Source of the DNA: an uncultured Gemmatimonadaceae bacterium
GTDB taxonomy: Bacteria > Gemmatimonadota > Gemmatimonadetes > Gemmatimonadales > Gemmatimonadaceae
NCBI GenBank assembly: GCA_963761305.1
Contig: CAVXGK010000002.1
Location: forward strand, 2,432,001 to 2,496,000
DNA: 64,000 nucleotides
Direction of reading: 5' to 3'
Shown here: positions 50,180-60,610 of the stretch, one piece after another
Layout: the number at the start of each line of letters is the position of its first letter
Numbering within the stretch: the stretch's first letter is position 1
Notes under the pieces: generated by a model
The model's input: the letters and a program-made list of their open reading frames with translations, nothing else
Database searches by the model: none
What the model was told of the DNA's origin: nothing
Program-made: the position numbers and the translations under genes

Positions 50180-50970
50180 ACGACGCGTCGCGCGAACAGA
50201 AACCGCTTGCGTAGTTGCGCGACGTACGCGTCGCGCCGGTCGGTGAGCCGCTCGATCGAATAGCCGCCGCGGCCGAGTCCGAGGTGCACCATCCGCTTGT
50301 CGCCGGTGGCGATGCCGACGTGGGTGACGCTCTTGTCGTCGCGGTCGGAAAAAAACAGCAGATCGGCCGCCTCGAGAGATGTCGCGTCGGTTCCCGCGTC
50401 GCCGCCGACCTTCGCTTGCTGCGATGCGTCGCGCGGCAGCTGCTTGCCGTGCAGCGCGAACACGCTCTGGACGAAGCCCGAGCAGTCGGCGCCCCAGGGC
50501 GTCACACCGCCCCACAGGTAGCTCGCTCCGGCGAAGTACGCCTGCGCGCTGGCCACGATCGCGTCCGGCTCGAGCGGAAAACGCGCCGCGCGTCGCGTCG
50601 ACTCTATCACCTCGCCCGACGTGACGGTTTCATCCGGCGCGAGGAAGGCGCGCAATGGCAGCACGCGGCTCGCGCCCGCCGCCGTGCGGGTCGTGCAACC
50701 CAGTGAGATGCGCGTCGTGCGGCGGCTCTGCCGCGCGGTCGTCGCCGGTGCTTTTGAAAGAAAGCCGGCGTGCATCCAGCCCTCGTACTCGTCCGCGCCG
50801 CGAACCCGAACCCACTCGCCGTCTTCGGCGAGTGCGTCCACACGGTGGCCGGCGAGCTGCTGCGAGACCATCGCGCTCGAGATGCGCGGCTCGGCGTGCA
50901 TCGGTGCAACCGGCGCGCGGACGAGCGCCCCGTAAAGAACCGCGTTGCCGCGCGCGGACGACTCAGCCAT
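50176..50970 (-). CDS. SH3 + NlpC/P60 (C40) peptidase, YkfC-like
   Basis: SH3b (WVRVRGADEYEGW), YLWGG, DCSGFV, LPRDASQQ, HVGI. Confidence 0.9.
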   Translation of the reverse strand: MAESSARGNAVLYGALVRAPVAPMHAEPRISSAMVSQQLAGHRVDALAEDGEWVRVRGADEYEGWMHAGFLSKAPATTARQSRRTTRISLGCTTRTAAGASRVLPLRAFLAPDETVTSGEVIESTRRAARFPLEPDAIVASAQAYFAGASYLWGGVTPWGADCSGFVQSVFALHGKQLPRDASQQAKVGGDAGTDATSLEAADLLFFSDRDDKSVTHVGIATGDKRMVHLGLGRGGYSIERLTDRRDAYVAQLRKRFLFARRVV

Positions 50971-51958
50971 GCGCGTCGGCGAGACCGGGAATCCCGTCGC
51001 GGCCGCGCGCACAGCGCACCGCGCGCTCGATCGCGTTCTCCAGCGCGGCCACCGCCAGCGACTCGATCACCAGCGGTTCGACCCGCGCCACCTCGTCGGC
51101 CATCGGCGACAGCGCGAACACGATGTCGCCGTCGAACGACGAGCCGCTCGGCGTGATCCGACGGAACAGCGCCGCGCTCGCCGCGCGCGCCAGCTGCGTG
51201 AGCGTGTTCGCCGAGAGCGGCACGTTCGCGGCGACCGCGGCAAGTGTCGTATTGCGCGCGGCAAGATCGTCGAACTTGCTCAGCGAACGAATGTCGCCCG
51301 ACGCGAGCACTCGCGGCGCGTCAGCGAATCCGCCGCTCGGCCGCCGCGCACCGGCGATGATCTCGCCACGTGAATCACGCACGTCGCCGAACGCGTTCAC
51401 CACGACCATGGCGCCGACGGTGAGGTCGTTCGACACGGTCGATTCGATCGAGCAGCCGAATCCGCCCTTCATGCACCACGTCGGCCCGCCGACCTTGCCG
51501 ACCGTCGTGCCCGTGCCCGCGCCGATCGATCCTTCGGCGACATTCTCGCTGCGCGCCGTGTCCGCCGCCGCGTAGGCCATCTCCGGCGTCGGGCGCGCGT
51601 CGAATCGGCCGAGCGGCGCGAGATCGAACACGACGGCGGCGGGAACGATCGGCACGACGCCCGGCCCCACCGGATGACCACGTCCGCGCTCTTCCATCCA
51701 GCGCATCACGCCACTCGCCGCATCGAGGCCGTACGCCGAGCCGCCGGTGAACATGATGGCGTCCACGCGGCCATCGACGTGGTGATCGGCCGACGCCGCG
51801 GCGATCTCGCGACTGCCCGTCGCCCGGCCCACGACACACACGCCCGCGCGAAGCGGACCCTTCGCTCCTCGAATGACCGTGAGTCCCGTCGCTCCCCGTT
51901 CGTCGCTCGCGTGCCCGATGGCGATGCCGAGGCGACCGAAGTCGAGCGTGCTGCTCAC
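50963..51958 (-). CDS. P1/S58 (DmpA-like) peptidase
   Basis: TGLTV, TGGSAYGL, VPIVPAAVVFDL, GAGTG, KGGFG, NTTL cleavage motif, DGD. Confidence 0.88.
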   Translation of the reverse strand: MSSTLDFGRLGIAIGHASDERGATGLTVIRGAKGPLRAGVCVVGRATGSREIAAASADHHVDGRVDAIMFTGGSAYGLDAASGVMRWMEERGRGHPVGPGVVPIVPAAVVFDLAPLGRFDARPTPEMAYAAADTARSENVAEGSIGAGTGTTVGKVGGPTWCMKGGFGCSIESTVSNDLTVGAMVVVNAFGDVRDSRGEIIAGARRPSGGFADAPRVLASGDIRSLSKFDDLAARNTTLAAVAANVPLSANTLTQLARAASAALFRRITPSGSSFDGDIVFALSPMADEVARVEPLVIESLAVAALENAIERAVRCARGRDGIPGLADAHG

Positions 51959-52188
51959 CGCACGAGGGGCGGAAGAGGAGGAAGCGTCGGAGGGTGAGGA
52001 GGAGGAGGCGGCGGCTGTGCGGCGGCCTCTTGGAATTTGGCCTCACACGTCTTGCAGCGCCTGACGCCGCGCAAATCGCAGAGCAAGCAGAGGAATGTTC
52101 CGCAGTCGATGCACGGATATCCCTCCGACGCGCGCTCTTCGTTGCCGCAGCCGCGGCAATACATCGCGTCGTGTTCCTGAACGCTCAT
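51955..52188 (-). CDS. Small Cys-rich (4x CxxC) putative zinc-finger protein with Pro-rich tail
   Basis: CRGC, CIDC, CLLC, CKTC; stop overlaps the peptidase start; TATCTT box before ATG. Confidence 0.75.
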   Translation of the reverse strand: MSVQEHDAMYCRGCGNEERASEGYPCIDCGTFLCLLCDLRGVRRCKTCEAKFQEAAAQPPPPPPHPPTLPPLPPLVR

Positions 52189-52206
52189 AGGTGAAAGATA
52201 GCGCGT

Positions 52207-55047
52207 CTACGACGGCTCGGCGGCTAGGACCACCGCAGCCAACTCGTCGAACAGGAACGGCTTGGCCACCACTTCGCAGCCCGTCGCGTCGAGGACGGCG
52301 CGCGCCGCCTCGCTCTGCGTGTCGCCGGTGACGAAGACGACGCGGGCGGGGACGCAACCTTCCTTTTGCAGCGCGCGAAGCATCGCGTCGCCCGTGGTGT
52401 CGGGAAGGCGAAGGTCGAGCAGCATTGCGTCGTACGTCGTGGCACGCGCGCGGGTGAGCGCTTCGGCACCGCTCGACGCCACGTCGACGACGTGCCCGAG
52501 CGAACGAAAGAATATCGATACGGCGTGCCGAATCGCCCCTTCGTCGTCCACCACCAGCAGCCGCTTCGTGCCTGGTGCGACGGCGACCGGCTCGTCGTCG
52601 TCCGACGGCGTGGACGCCGGCGGGTTCGCGTGCGGCAATTCGATCTCGAACGTCGCGCCATGCCCCGGCCGCGAGTCGACGCGAATTCGCCCGCCATGTT
52701 CCCGAACGATGCCGTCCGAGATGGACAGTCCGAGGCCCGTGCCTTCGCCCACCGGCTTGGTGGTGAAGAACGGATTGAAGACCCGCAACAGATTCTCGGC
52801 CGGTACGCCCGGGCCGGTGTCGGCCACCGAGATGAAGAGTTGGTCGCCGCGACGCCCGGTCCGGATGGCGATGCGCTTTTCGCCGTCCCAGCTCGACAGC
52901 GCATGCTCGGCGTTCGTCAGCAGATTGAGCACGACTTGCTGGAGCTGGAACGCGTCGGCCCACGTGAGCGGGAGATCGGGATCGAGATCCGTGTCGATCT
53001 CGACCTGCGCCGTGCGCAACGCATAACGGCGCAACTCCAGCGTATCGAGCACGACGCGATTCAAATCGGCGATCGTGCGCTCCGGCTGATGCTGCCGCGC
53101 GAACGTCAACAGGTTGGCGACGATCTTCGCCGCCCGCCGCGCTTCCTGGTTGATCGCGTCGATCGCCTCGCGATCGGACGGTACGTCGGCCGGCGCCGCG
53201 AGCAGCAGTTGCGCGAACGCCATGACGCTCGCCAATGGGTTGTTCAGCTCGTGCGCCACACCGCTCACCAGCTCGCCGACCGCCGCGAGCTTTTCCTGTT
53301 GCATCAACTGCTCGGTGAGGCGTCGCTCGTCGGTGACGTCGCGGACGATGCCGAGCAAGCCCGTCACGACGCCGTCTTCGGTGAGCGGTGTGACGGTGAG
53401 CGAGCAATAGCGCAGCTCGCCGTTTCCATCCGGGTAGCGCAACTGGCCGCGCGGAAAATCTCCGGCCAAGCCCGCACGGAGCACTTCCTTGGCCGCGGCC
53501 TGGTCGCGCGGATCGATCAGCGAGAACACGGGGTGCCCGATCAGCTGGTCGCGGCTCAGACCCGTGGCCACCTCGAGCGAGCGATTCACCGCCGTCAGAT
53601 TCCCCGACGTATCGGCCGTGAAGATCGCGTCCGACGCCGACTCCACGAGCTGCGTGTAGCGAATCTCCGAGCGCTCGAGCGCCAGATCGCGCTCGCGTTC
53701 TTCGGTGATGTCGCGTGCGACACCGAGGATGCCGATGACGTGCGACGCGTGGCGAATCGGCGTGTTGGTCACCGACGCGAGACGCGCCACGCCGTCCGGT
53801 CGAATGAACCGGCAGTAGTACCGTCGCGCCTGACCGAGCAGCGCGGCCTTGAATTGCTCCTTCACCATCGCTTTGTCACTCGCCGAGACGAACGGCAGCG
53901 GACTTCGCCCCAGCAGCTCGGCGTGCTCCCGCCCCACGAGCTCGCAGGTCGCCTCGTTCACCGACGTGAAGATGCCCTGCGGGTCGACCGTGTAGATCGA
54001 GTCGGTTGCCGTCTCGAACAGGTTCCGGTACCGCGCTTCCGACTGGCCGACCGCGTCGCGGGCGCGACGTTCGTCGTCCACGGCCTGACGGTATCCCTCG
54101 GCGGCAGCCTTGGCGTCCTCGTACAACCGCGCGTTCGCCACGGCGATGGCCACCTGGTCCGCCAGCCGCTCGAGAACGCCTGCGTCGTCTTCGGTGAATT
54201 GCTTTTCGCGATTGATCACCGCGAGCGCGCCGATCGGACCGCTGCTCGAGAAGAGCGGCGCGATCAGCGCCCGGTCGACCTGTGCGGCGATGCGCGACGG
54301 CGTGTACACCTCGGGCACGTTCGTGTCGTTGCAGATGAGCGCGCGGCGTTCGGCGATCGCGCGTCCGCTCAGGCTCGAGTCGATCGGCAACGGCGCTCCG
54401 ACCAGACACTCGCCGACACCGAGGCCCGCAACGACGACGAGCTGAGTATCGCGGACGAGACTCAGCGTCGCGCCCTGCGCGTGCAGCAGTCCCATCGCAT
54501 GGCCGAGGCTCAGCGTCATCACTTCGTCCAGCCGCAGCGAGCCGCTCACGGCGCGCGCGATGTCCGAGAACGCCTCCCCGCGTCCACGTTGGCGCTCGCT
54601 TTCCTCGTACAGCCGCGCGTTCTCGATGATCGATGCGACCTGCTGGGCGAACAGTTCGACGGTGCGCACACGGTCTGCCGTCGGCGCCGTGCTCTCCAGC
54701 GGATCGCCGAGCACCAACGTGCCGAGCGCCGCGCCGCCGACGGCGCGCAGCGGAACGATCAGGTCGTTGGACGCGAGGACGATCGAGTTGCTGATGCGCC
54801 GCGCGACGTGGTCGGCCGGCGGCATCACGAAGTCGTCGTGCGTCTCGACGCGGCCATACCCGATGCGCTTGATGGCCGTCTCGAGAATCGCCAATCGATC
54901 CGCCAACGTCCTCGCGCCCTCGATCTCGGCCAACGCTTCGTGCAGCAAAAAGAGCTGGTTTCGCTCGCGCAGCAGGCGCGCGACCGTGGTGAGCGGCGCC
55001 TGTTCCACGGCCCGCAGGCGGTGCGTGGGTGTCGGAAGCGAAGTCAC
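52207..55047 (-). CDS. Cytoplasmic hybrid sensor kinase (GAF-PAS-PAS-HisKA-HATPase-REC)
   Basis: IENARLY GAF ends, RDITE/RDVTD PAS ends, GVAHELNNP, FFTTKPVGEGTGLGL, LVVDDE receiver. Confidence 0.93.
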   Translation of the reverse strand: MTSLPTPTHRLRAVEQAPLTTVARLLRERNQLFLLHEALAEIEGARTLADRLAILETAIKRIGYGRVETHDDFVMPPADHVARRISNSIVLASNDLIVPLRAVGGAALGTLVLGDPLESTAPTADRVRTVELFAQQVASIIENARLYEESERQRGRGEAFSDIARAVSGSLRLDEVMTLSLGHAMGLLHAQGATLSLVRDTQLVVVAGLGVGECLVGAPLPIDSSLSGRAIAERRALICNDTNVPEVYTPSRIAAQVDRALIAPLFSSSGPIGALAVINREKQFTEDDAGVLERLADQVAIAVANARLYEDAKAAAEGYRQAVDDERRARDAVGQSEARYRNLFETATDSIYTVDPQGIFTSVNEATCELVGREHAELLGRSPLPFVSASDKAMVKEQFKAALLGQARRYYCRFIRPDGVARLASVTNTPIRHASHVIGILGVARDITEERERDLALERSEIRYTQLVESASDAIFTADTSGNLTAVNRSLEVATGLSRDQLIGHPVFSLIDPRDQAAAKEVLRAGLAGDFPRGQLRYPDGNGELRYCSLTVTPLTEDGVVTGLLGIVRDVTDERRLTEQLMQQEKLAAVGELVSGVAHELNNPLASVMAFAQLLLAAPADVPSDREAIDAINQEARRAAKIVANLLTFARQHQPERTIADLNRVVLDTLELRRYALRTAQVEIDTDLDPDLPLTWADAFQLQQVVLNLLTNAEHALSSWDGEKRIAIRTGRRGDQLFISVADTGPGVPAENLLRVFNPFFTTKPVGEGTGLGLSISDGIVREHGGRIRVDSRPGHGATFEIELPHANPPASTPSDDDEPVAVAPGTKRLLVVDDEGAIRHAVSIFFRSLGHVVDVASSGAEALTRARATTYDAMLLDLRLPDTTGDAMLRALQKEGCVPARVVFVTGDTQSEAARAVLDATGCEVVAKPFLFDELAAVVLAAEPS

Positions 55048-55060
55048 GGGTGGCCGAAGG

Positions 55061-55969
55061 TCAGCCGCGGCGCGGCACGAGAAGCCGAACTGCCAGCGGT
55101 TCGATCGTGGCGTCGAAGGGCGTCGTGCCCATCACGTCTCCATCCGCCTGCCACAAGCGCGGGGGGTCCGTCTCGACGTGAATGTGGCGGCCTGCCACGT
55201 ACAACACGCTGGGGTCGGTGTCGAAGTTCCGGAACGCCATGCGTCGCACGATGCGCAGCGCATCGCGCATCGAATTCGGCGAAAAGACGCAGGCGTCGAG
55301 CATTCCATCATCGGGGCGTATCTCCGGTCCGAGCACCAGGCGCTCGCCGAGCACCGCACCGACGTTGGCGATCATGACCATCGCGGCGCGCCGCTCGTGA
55401 ACCACACCGTCCACCGTGACCCGGACCGTGAAAAAATCCCGGCGAACGACGGTGCGCAGCGCGGCGCGCGCACCCACGATCATGTAGGCGAGTACCCCCA
55501 ATCGACGCTTCAGCCAGCCAGGCGTTTCAGCGATCATGGCCGCGTCGATCCCCACACCGGCGGCCACCGAGAATCCGCCACCCGAATCCAGCCGCCCGAG
55601 ATCGATTCGACGCTCTTCACCGTCGAGGAGGGCCGGCACAGCGCGCTTCACCGAGAGGGGAATTCCGAACGCACGGGCGACGAGATTCCCCGTGCCTCCG
55701 GCGAGGACGCCGATCGGCGTTTCAGCCTCATGCGAGGCCAGCGCGGCCGCGACCTCCATGACGGTTCCGTCGCCGCCGACGACGAACACCGCGTCGTACG
55801 CGTGGGCGTGGCTCGCCGCGAGCTCCGCGGCGTGGCCGGGGCGCTCGGTGAACACGAGATCACAGACGACCGAACGGCTCGCCAGCTCGTGTCGTGCACG
55901 GCCGGCAAGCCGACGCCCCCGGCGCGAGGCCGGGTTCGCAATGACGATCGCGCTGTTGATCTTGCTCAG
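55061..55969 (-). CDS. Diacylglycerol/lipid kinase family protein (YegS/DagK-like)
   Basis: IANPAS, GGDGT, GTGNLVAR, AGVGIDA, QADGD; start uncertain (CTG 55969 or GTG 56050). Confidence 0.88.
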   Translation of the reverse strand: MSKINSAIVIANPASRRGRRLAGRARHELASRSVVCDLVFTERPGHAAELAASHAHAYDAVFVVGGDGTVMEVAAALASHEAETPIGVLAGGTGNLVARAFGIPLSVKRAVPALLDGEERRIDLGRLDSGGGFSVAAGVGIDAAMIAETPGWLKRRLGVLAYMIVGARAALRTVVRRDFFTVRVTVDGVVHERRAAMVMIANVGAVLGERLVLGPEIRPDDGMLDACVFSPNSMRDALRIVRRMAFRNFDTDPSVLYVAGRHIHVETDPPRLWQADGDVMGTTPFDATIEPLAVRLLVPRRG

Positions 55970-58900
55970 AATCGGAACGTGTGATGCAGCGACACGCTGA
56001 ACTGATTGGGCGTCGGCACGATCCCGATGATGCTCTGCCCGGGTGAGCACGTCCGCGTCGCGGTCGCCGGATCGTAGGCGAGCTGCGTCGACAGCTTCGG
56101 GTCGAATCGGTATTCCACCTTGGCACCGACGCCCGAGAGCAGGTTCGAGCTCTGGGCGTTGTTCTCGAACTGGCAGAGCCCCGTGTTCAAGCTCAGATAC
56201 ATCTTGTCGGCGAACTGCTTCTCGACGCCGAACGTCGCGCCGTACAGGTACTGCTGGAGATTGCTGGTCGTCGACGTTTGACCGGGCTGTTGACCGGTGC
56301 CGAGCTCGAACCGAAACGCGTCGAAAAACGGGCCGACGAGGCTTCGCAGGCTGCTGGCTGCCGCGGCGCTCACCGTCGGCCCGATGAACTGGGCGAGCGC
56401 CTCACGCGTCTGGTTGTTCAGCTCGAAGCCCGGCGCGCCCGTGACGAGGTAACTCACGAGATCCGACTGCGAGATGGCGTAGTCCGCGTTGCTCGAGAAG
56501 GTGATCCCCGGATACGGAATCAGCGGACCGCGCAGGTTCACGATCACGCCGAGGTCGCGGTCGCGGTACTGCTTCACGTTGTACTGTGCGCTGATGTCGA
56601 GCGTCGGGTTGGATGCGTCGCCGGTGAACGTCACGCTTCCGTCAGGGAGGACGTCGAACTGACGCCGCGCGAGCCCGAGATCGAGCACGTACGTTCCGCC
56701 GATCGTGCGCAGCGTGCCCTCGAGACCCAGCCGCGGGATCAGCTCGTTGGTCGACGCCAGCAGCCGATTGGCCCTCGCCGCGGACGTCACCGCGTTCAAT
56801 GATCCGCCCAATCGCACATCGGCTTCCTTCGACTTGAGTCGGACGTCGCTGCCGAGCGTGACCGTAAAGCTTGGGATCGTGAGGCCCGATTGCAGCTGCG
56901 CCAGTGGAGCCCGGCCGCCCACGATTGTCTCACTTCCCAGATCGATCGACGTTTGGTCCAACTGTTTTCGGGCGAGGTCGCGGTCGGCCAGGAAGATCGC
57001 GCTGTGATCGACTTGCACCGCGCCCGTGAGGCGTGCGGCGTTCAGATCGCCGACGATCTGAATCGGCTCGCTGGTAGTGGCGTAGATGTCCGCGACGCCC
57101 CGCTTGTTGAGCGCGTGGTAGTTGTTGAGGATGACAGCAACACGAAACGACGGGACCGGGACGGGTCTGACCGGATCGGGTTTGGTGAGAAGGAATCGGG
57201 CGAGATTCTTCACCCAGCCGTTTACCGTGATCGAGCCGCGCTCGGCCCCGCGCTGCGTGCCAAGCGAGGTGGCTTGGCACTTCGAGATGCTCACGCTATC
57301 GCCGCCGGCCAGATCGCCCGCGCCAGACACGGTGCACTGAACGTCGCTGAGCACGATGCCGATCTGCGGAAGCGTCGCGCTGCCATTCACGATCTGCACG
57401 CCTTGCGAACAGCCGGCGATCGCCGAAATACACCGCACGTCATCACCAGTTCTGAACACCGGCGCGCTCGGCGTTCCCGCGATGGTGATGTCTCCCCGCA
57501 GTGTGCCCGTCACCTGGCTGAACGAGCGCGACATGAGCTGAACGATCGAGAGATCGGTCGACGGAATCGAGATTCTTCCGTCCATCGGGTCGTTCCGAGT
57601 CTTGAGGCTGAAGAGCCGGAAGTCGACCGGGATCGTCGCGTCGGCGATCAGCGCCGTCAGTCCGCTGCGCTGAAGCGCCAGACCCACTCGGGCGCTGCGG
57701 TCTTGCAGCTGACCGGTGAGCGTCACGCTGTCCAACATCACGCCGAACCGCTTCAAACCCGCGATCGACACCGACCCGTCCAGGATCGGATGGTCGCGCG
57801 TGCCGCTCAGCGTTGCGTCCACTCGGCCGAGGCCGGCGATGCTGTCGGCGAATTGCTCGAGCACGCCGACGTCGCCGAGCGGAAGGTTCGTCGCACGCAC
57901 TCGGCCCGCGACGCGACCGGTGTTCGGCACGTTTCCGCTCAAGGCAACGACCGCGCTGTCCCGGTTCTTGAGCACGAGCGAGTCGAGTCGCGTGCCCAGA
58001 CTGTCGCGCTGGAGATGCGTCTGCCCGGCGAGCTTCCACTCGTCCTTGCCGACCACCAGATCGAGCGACGTGAGTCCCACCGCCCACGCGGAATTGAGCA
58101 GGCTCCACGTTCCGCCCGCGACCGCGATCGGGCCGTTGTGGCTCTGCGCGCCGAGCTGGAACTGCGCGTGCGACGCGTCGCTGGCGATGAGCGTGCCGCC
58201 GAGCGTGTCGAGTACGATGCCGCCCACCGTCGCCGTGTCCGCGCTCACCGTGAGCCGCCCCGACGCCGAATTCAGGGCATCGGCGATGTCGAAGTCCACG
58301 GTGAGCGAATGGGTCTTGTCCTTCGCGAAGTACAGCTGCGAACCCGTCAGCGTGCCGGCCAGCCGCAACGAGTCGAGACGGCCTTGAGCGAACCCGGTGA
58401 CCCTGATTTCGCCCGACAGCGAATCGGCCTCCGCAGTCGAGTCTCGGCTCGACAGAACCCGTCGCAGGCCGCCAAGTGAATCGAGATCGTACGTGAAGGT
58501 GAGCGAATCAAAGCTGCCTTTCGGCAGGCCGATGCCGCCGCTCGCGCGAACAGTGCCGGCCGCCGTTTCCACCAGCAGCGTGTCGACGTGCATCCGCCCG
58601 TTGGCGAATGTCGCCCGCGCGCGGGACGGATAGACCGTGACGCCGCCGAAATTCGTCCGCTCGATCACCGCGCCGGCGCTGCCGTGCAGCGAGCTCGCCG
58701 TGGCGCCCGCGACGTCGACGTCATAGTGCCCGCTGAGTGCGCCGCTCGGGAACTCGTTCTTCGCGAGTAGCTTCGCCGGACTGAACCCGCTGAACTGGCC
58801 GTGCCCCCGCGCGCCATAGCCCCCGACTGTGTCGAGGTCGACGCGTCCGTCGAAGCTGAACGTTCCCGCGTCGCCCGTGAGCGTCGTCGTCAGCGCGAGG

Positions 58901-60603
58901 TCGGGCGATTGGCCCACTGCCTTGAGGGGCCCGCTCACCAAACCGCGCAGCGGACTCGGATACGAACGCGACAGCATCGTCAACGACAACGGCCGCGCGT
59001 CGAGCGTGACGTCGTAGGTCATCAGCGGTTCGCCGTAGGTGATGCGGCCGCTGCCCGTGATGTGCGACGGATCGCCCGGACCGTCCTGGTGGAAGACGTT
59101 GGCGTTCGAGAAGCGGACGTCCATCCACGACGAATCGAGCGTCGCCGTGCCGTAGATGGTACCGCCGAGCCGAGGGAACGACGGATACAGATACTCGATC
59201 GATCGCAGATCGACCGACGTCGCGTTCACGTTGAAGTTGTGAAACGCGGTGAGTCCCGGGTACAGGATGTCGAGCTCGCCCTTGCCCGTGGCCTTGGTAA
59301 CGGCGCCGGGCACGTGCGCGTCGCGAAACGTGACGTTCGATTCGTCGACGATGAAGTGCGTGAGCGGTCCGCCGCGACCCTTCACGGTTCCATAGAGTTG
59401 CCCGCGCCAATCGACCGGGAACGGTTTCTGGTTGATTGTGCGCAGGAACTCGAAATCCACCGGATCGGCGCGCAGATCGACGTTGCGCACGAGCAGAACC
59501 GGAGCGCCGATGCCGAACCACATCGTTCCGGTGACGTGCGACCCGGTGGTCTTCACGTCCATGTTCATCAACCGGAAGTCGACGATCTGGAGTTTCTTCG
59601 GATCGACGTCGTTGCGAATGGCGAGGTCGAGCGATCCTCCGCCGGTCCTCGGCAGCGGCGGATACGCCCAGTTCACGTCGTCGAGCGACACCGAGTTGCC
59701 GTGGATGATGATGTCGTAGCGCGTCGGCAGGTCGCTTCCCCACCAGACCTTTCCCGCGCCTCGTCCATTCGACGCCGGCAGCTCGAAGTGCGGCGACTGA
59801 AACCAGACCGAGTCGCCTTGCAGGCGTACGTCGGCCATGACGTTGCGGTACTTGAACGTCGGCTCGAACCCGTCCGCCGACAGCGTCGCGATCTTGAACT
59901 CTCGGCCGTACGAAACGTCGCTGTCGGGGTCGGCGAGACGGGCGTGCGCGATGAGACCGTTGATGTCCTTCCACGCGTACAGCCTTCCGAACCCGTCGAA
60001 GGTCTGCGTCACCGCGCGAGCCGGATTCGCCAGCGTGACGCGGATCACACTGTCACGGCGCGGGCCCTTGAGCGAATCGTCGGGGTGCCACGGCATCGTG
60101 AGCAGGAACGTGGCGTCGTGGACGTGTGTCGAGTCGACGACAAAGTAGTTGCCCCACCCGCGCGTGCTGACTTCGGGCGTCTTCGGCGTCGGGCTGGTGG
60201 CGAACAGCTTCTTGAAATTCCAGGAGTAGTCGGCGTACTGGACGAAGTGCACGTACGGGTGCTCGAGGGTCGCCCGCCGGATGAGAATCCGGTAATCGAT
60301 GAGGTCGCGCGGGTTGTATTCGAGCGTGATCGGACCCGAGCTCATGACCAGTTCGCCGCGCCCGTCCCGGATCGCGACGCTGTCGATCGTGAGTTGGCTG
60401 AGGAAGTTGCCGCCGATGTGTCCGAGGTAGATCGAGCCGCGGCCCTTGAGCGCCCGCGCAATGAACGGCTGGGCAACCGATGTCCGCACCCACTCGCGCC
60501 CACGGTAGGTGCGTATCACGAAGAAGACCCCGGACACCACGAGGAGTCCGAGGAAGACCAGCACGCCAGCCGCGACCAGGGCGACGAGACTGCGGCGCTT
60601 CAT
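55966..60603 (-). CDS. tamB: TamB/AsmA-like translocation and assembly module protein
   Basis: N-terminal anchor, about 1500 aa beta-taco-like body, C-terminal DUF490-like region (FTGDASNPTLDISA, QSDLVSYLVTG). Confidence 0.85.
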   Translation of the reverse strand: MKRRSLVALVAAGVLVFLGLLVVSGVFFVIRTYRGREWVRTSVAQPFIARALKGRGSIYLGHIGGNFLSQLTIDSVAIRDGRGELVMSSGPITLEYNPRDLIDYRILIRRATLEHPYVHFVQYADYSWNFKKLFATSPTPKTPEVSTRGWGNYFVVDSTHVHDATFLLTMPWHPDDSLKGPRRDSVIRVTLANPARAVTQTFDGFGRLYAWKDINGLIAHARLADPDSDVSYGREFKIATLSADGFEPTFKYRNVMADVRLQGDSVWFQSPHFELPASNGRGAGKVWWGSDLPTRYDIIIHGNSVSLDDVNWAYPPLPRTGGGSLDLAIRNDVDPKKLQIVDFRLMNMDVKTTGSHVTGTMWFGIGAPVLLVRNVDLRADPVDFEFLRTINQKPFPVDWRGQLYGTVKGRGGPLTHFIVDESNVTFRDAHVPGAVTKATGKGELDILYPGLTAFHNFNVNATSVDLRSIEYLYPSFPRLGGTIYGTATLDSSWMDVRFSNANVFHQDGPGDPSHITGSGRITYGEPLMTYDVTLDARPLSLTMLSRSYPSPLRGLVSGPLKAVGQSPDLALTTTLTGDAGTFSFDGRVDLDTVGGYGARGHGQFSGFSPAKLLAKNEFPSGALSGHYDVDVAGATASSLHGSAGAVIERTNFGGVTVYPSRARATFANGRMHVDTLLVETAAGTVRASGGIGLPKGSFDSLTFTYDLDSLGGLRRVLSSRDSTAEADSLSGEIRVTGFAQGRLDSLRLAGTLTGSQLYFAKDKTHSLTVDFDIADALNSASGRLTVSADTATVGGIVLDTLGGTLIASDASHAQFQLGAQSHNGPIAVAGGTWSLLNSAWAVGLTSLDLVVGKDEWKLAGQTHLQRDSLGTRLDSLVLKNRDSAVVALSGNVPNTGRVAGRVRATNLPLGDVGVLEQFADSIAGLGRVDATLSGTRDHPILDGSVSIAGLKRFGVMLDSVTLTGQLQDRSARVGLALQRSGLTALIADATIPVDFRLFSLKTRNDPMDGRISIPSTDLSIVQLMSRSFSQVTGTLRGDITIAGTPSAPVFRTGDDVRCISAIAGCSQGVQIVNGSATLPQIGIVLSDVQCTVSGAGDLAGGDSVSISKCQATSLGTQRGAERGSITVNGWVKNLARFLLTKPDPVRPVPVPSFRVAVILNNYHALNKRGVADIYATTSEPIQIVGDLNAARLTGAVQVDHSAIFLADRDLARKQLDQTSIDLGSETIVGGRAPLAQLQSGLTIPSFTVTLGSDVRLKSKEADVRLGGSLNAVTSAARANRLLASTNELIPRLGLEGTLRTIGGTYVLDLGLARRQFDVLPDGSVTFTGDASNPTLDISAQYNVKQYRDRDLGVIVNLRGPLIPYPGITFSSNADYAISQSDLVSYLVTGAPGFELNNQTREALAQFIGPTVSAAAASSLRSLVGPFFDAFRFELGTGQQPGQTSTTSNLQQYLYGATFGVEKQFADKMYLSLNTGLCQFENNAQSSNLLSGVGAKVEYRFDPKLSTQLAYDPATATRTCSPGQSIIGIVPTPNQFSVSLHHTFRF

Positions 60604-60610
60604 GCGAGAA

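Noticed and set aside
51985..52025. GAG/GCG triplet run as a separate repeat element
   Set aside because: It encodes the Pro/Ala tail of the zinc-finger ORF on the minus strand
52366..55377. Long antisense or alternate-frame ORFs (also 13595-16192, 39506-41221, 58801-60654)
   Set aside because: Arg/Ala-rich shadows of real genes, expected in high-GC DNA, with no motifs
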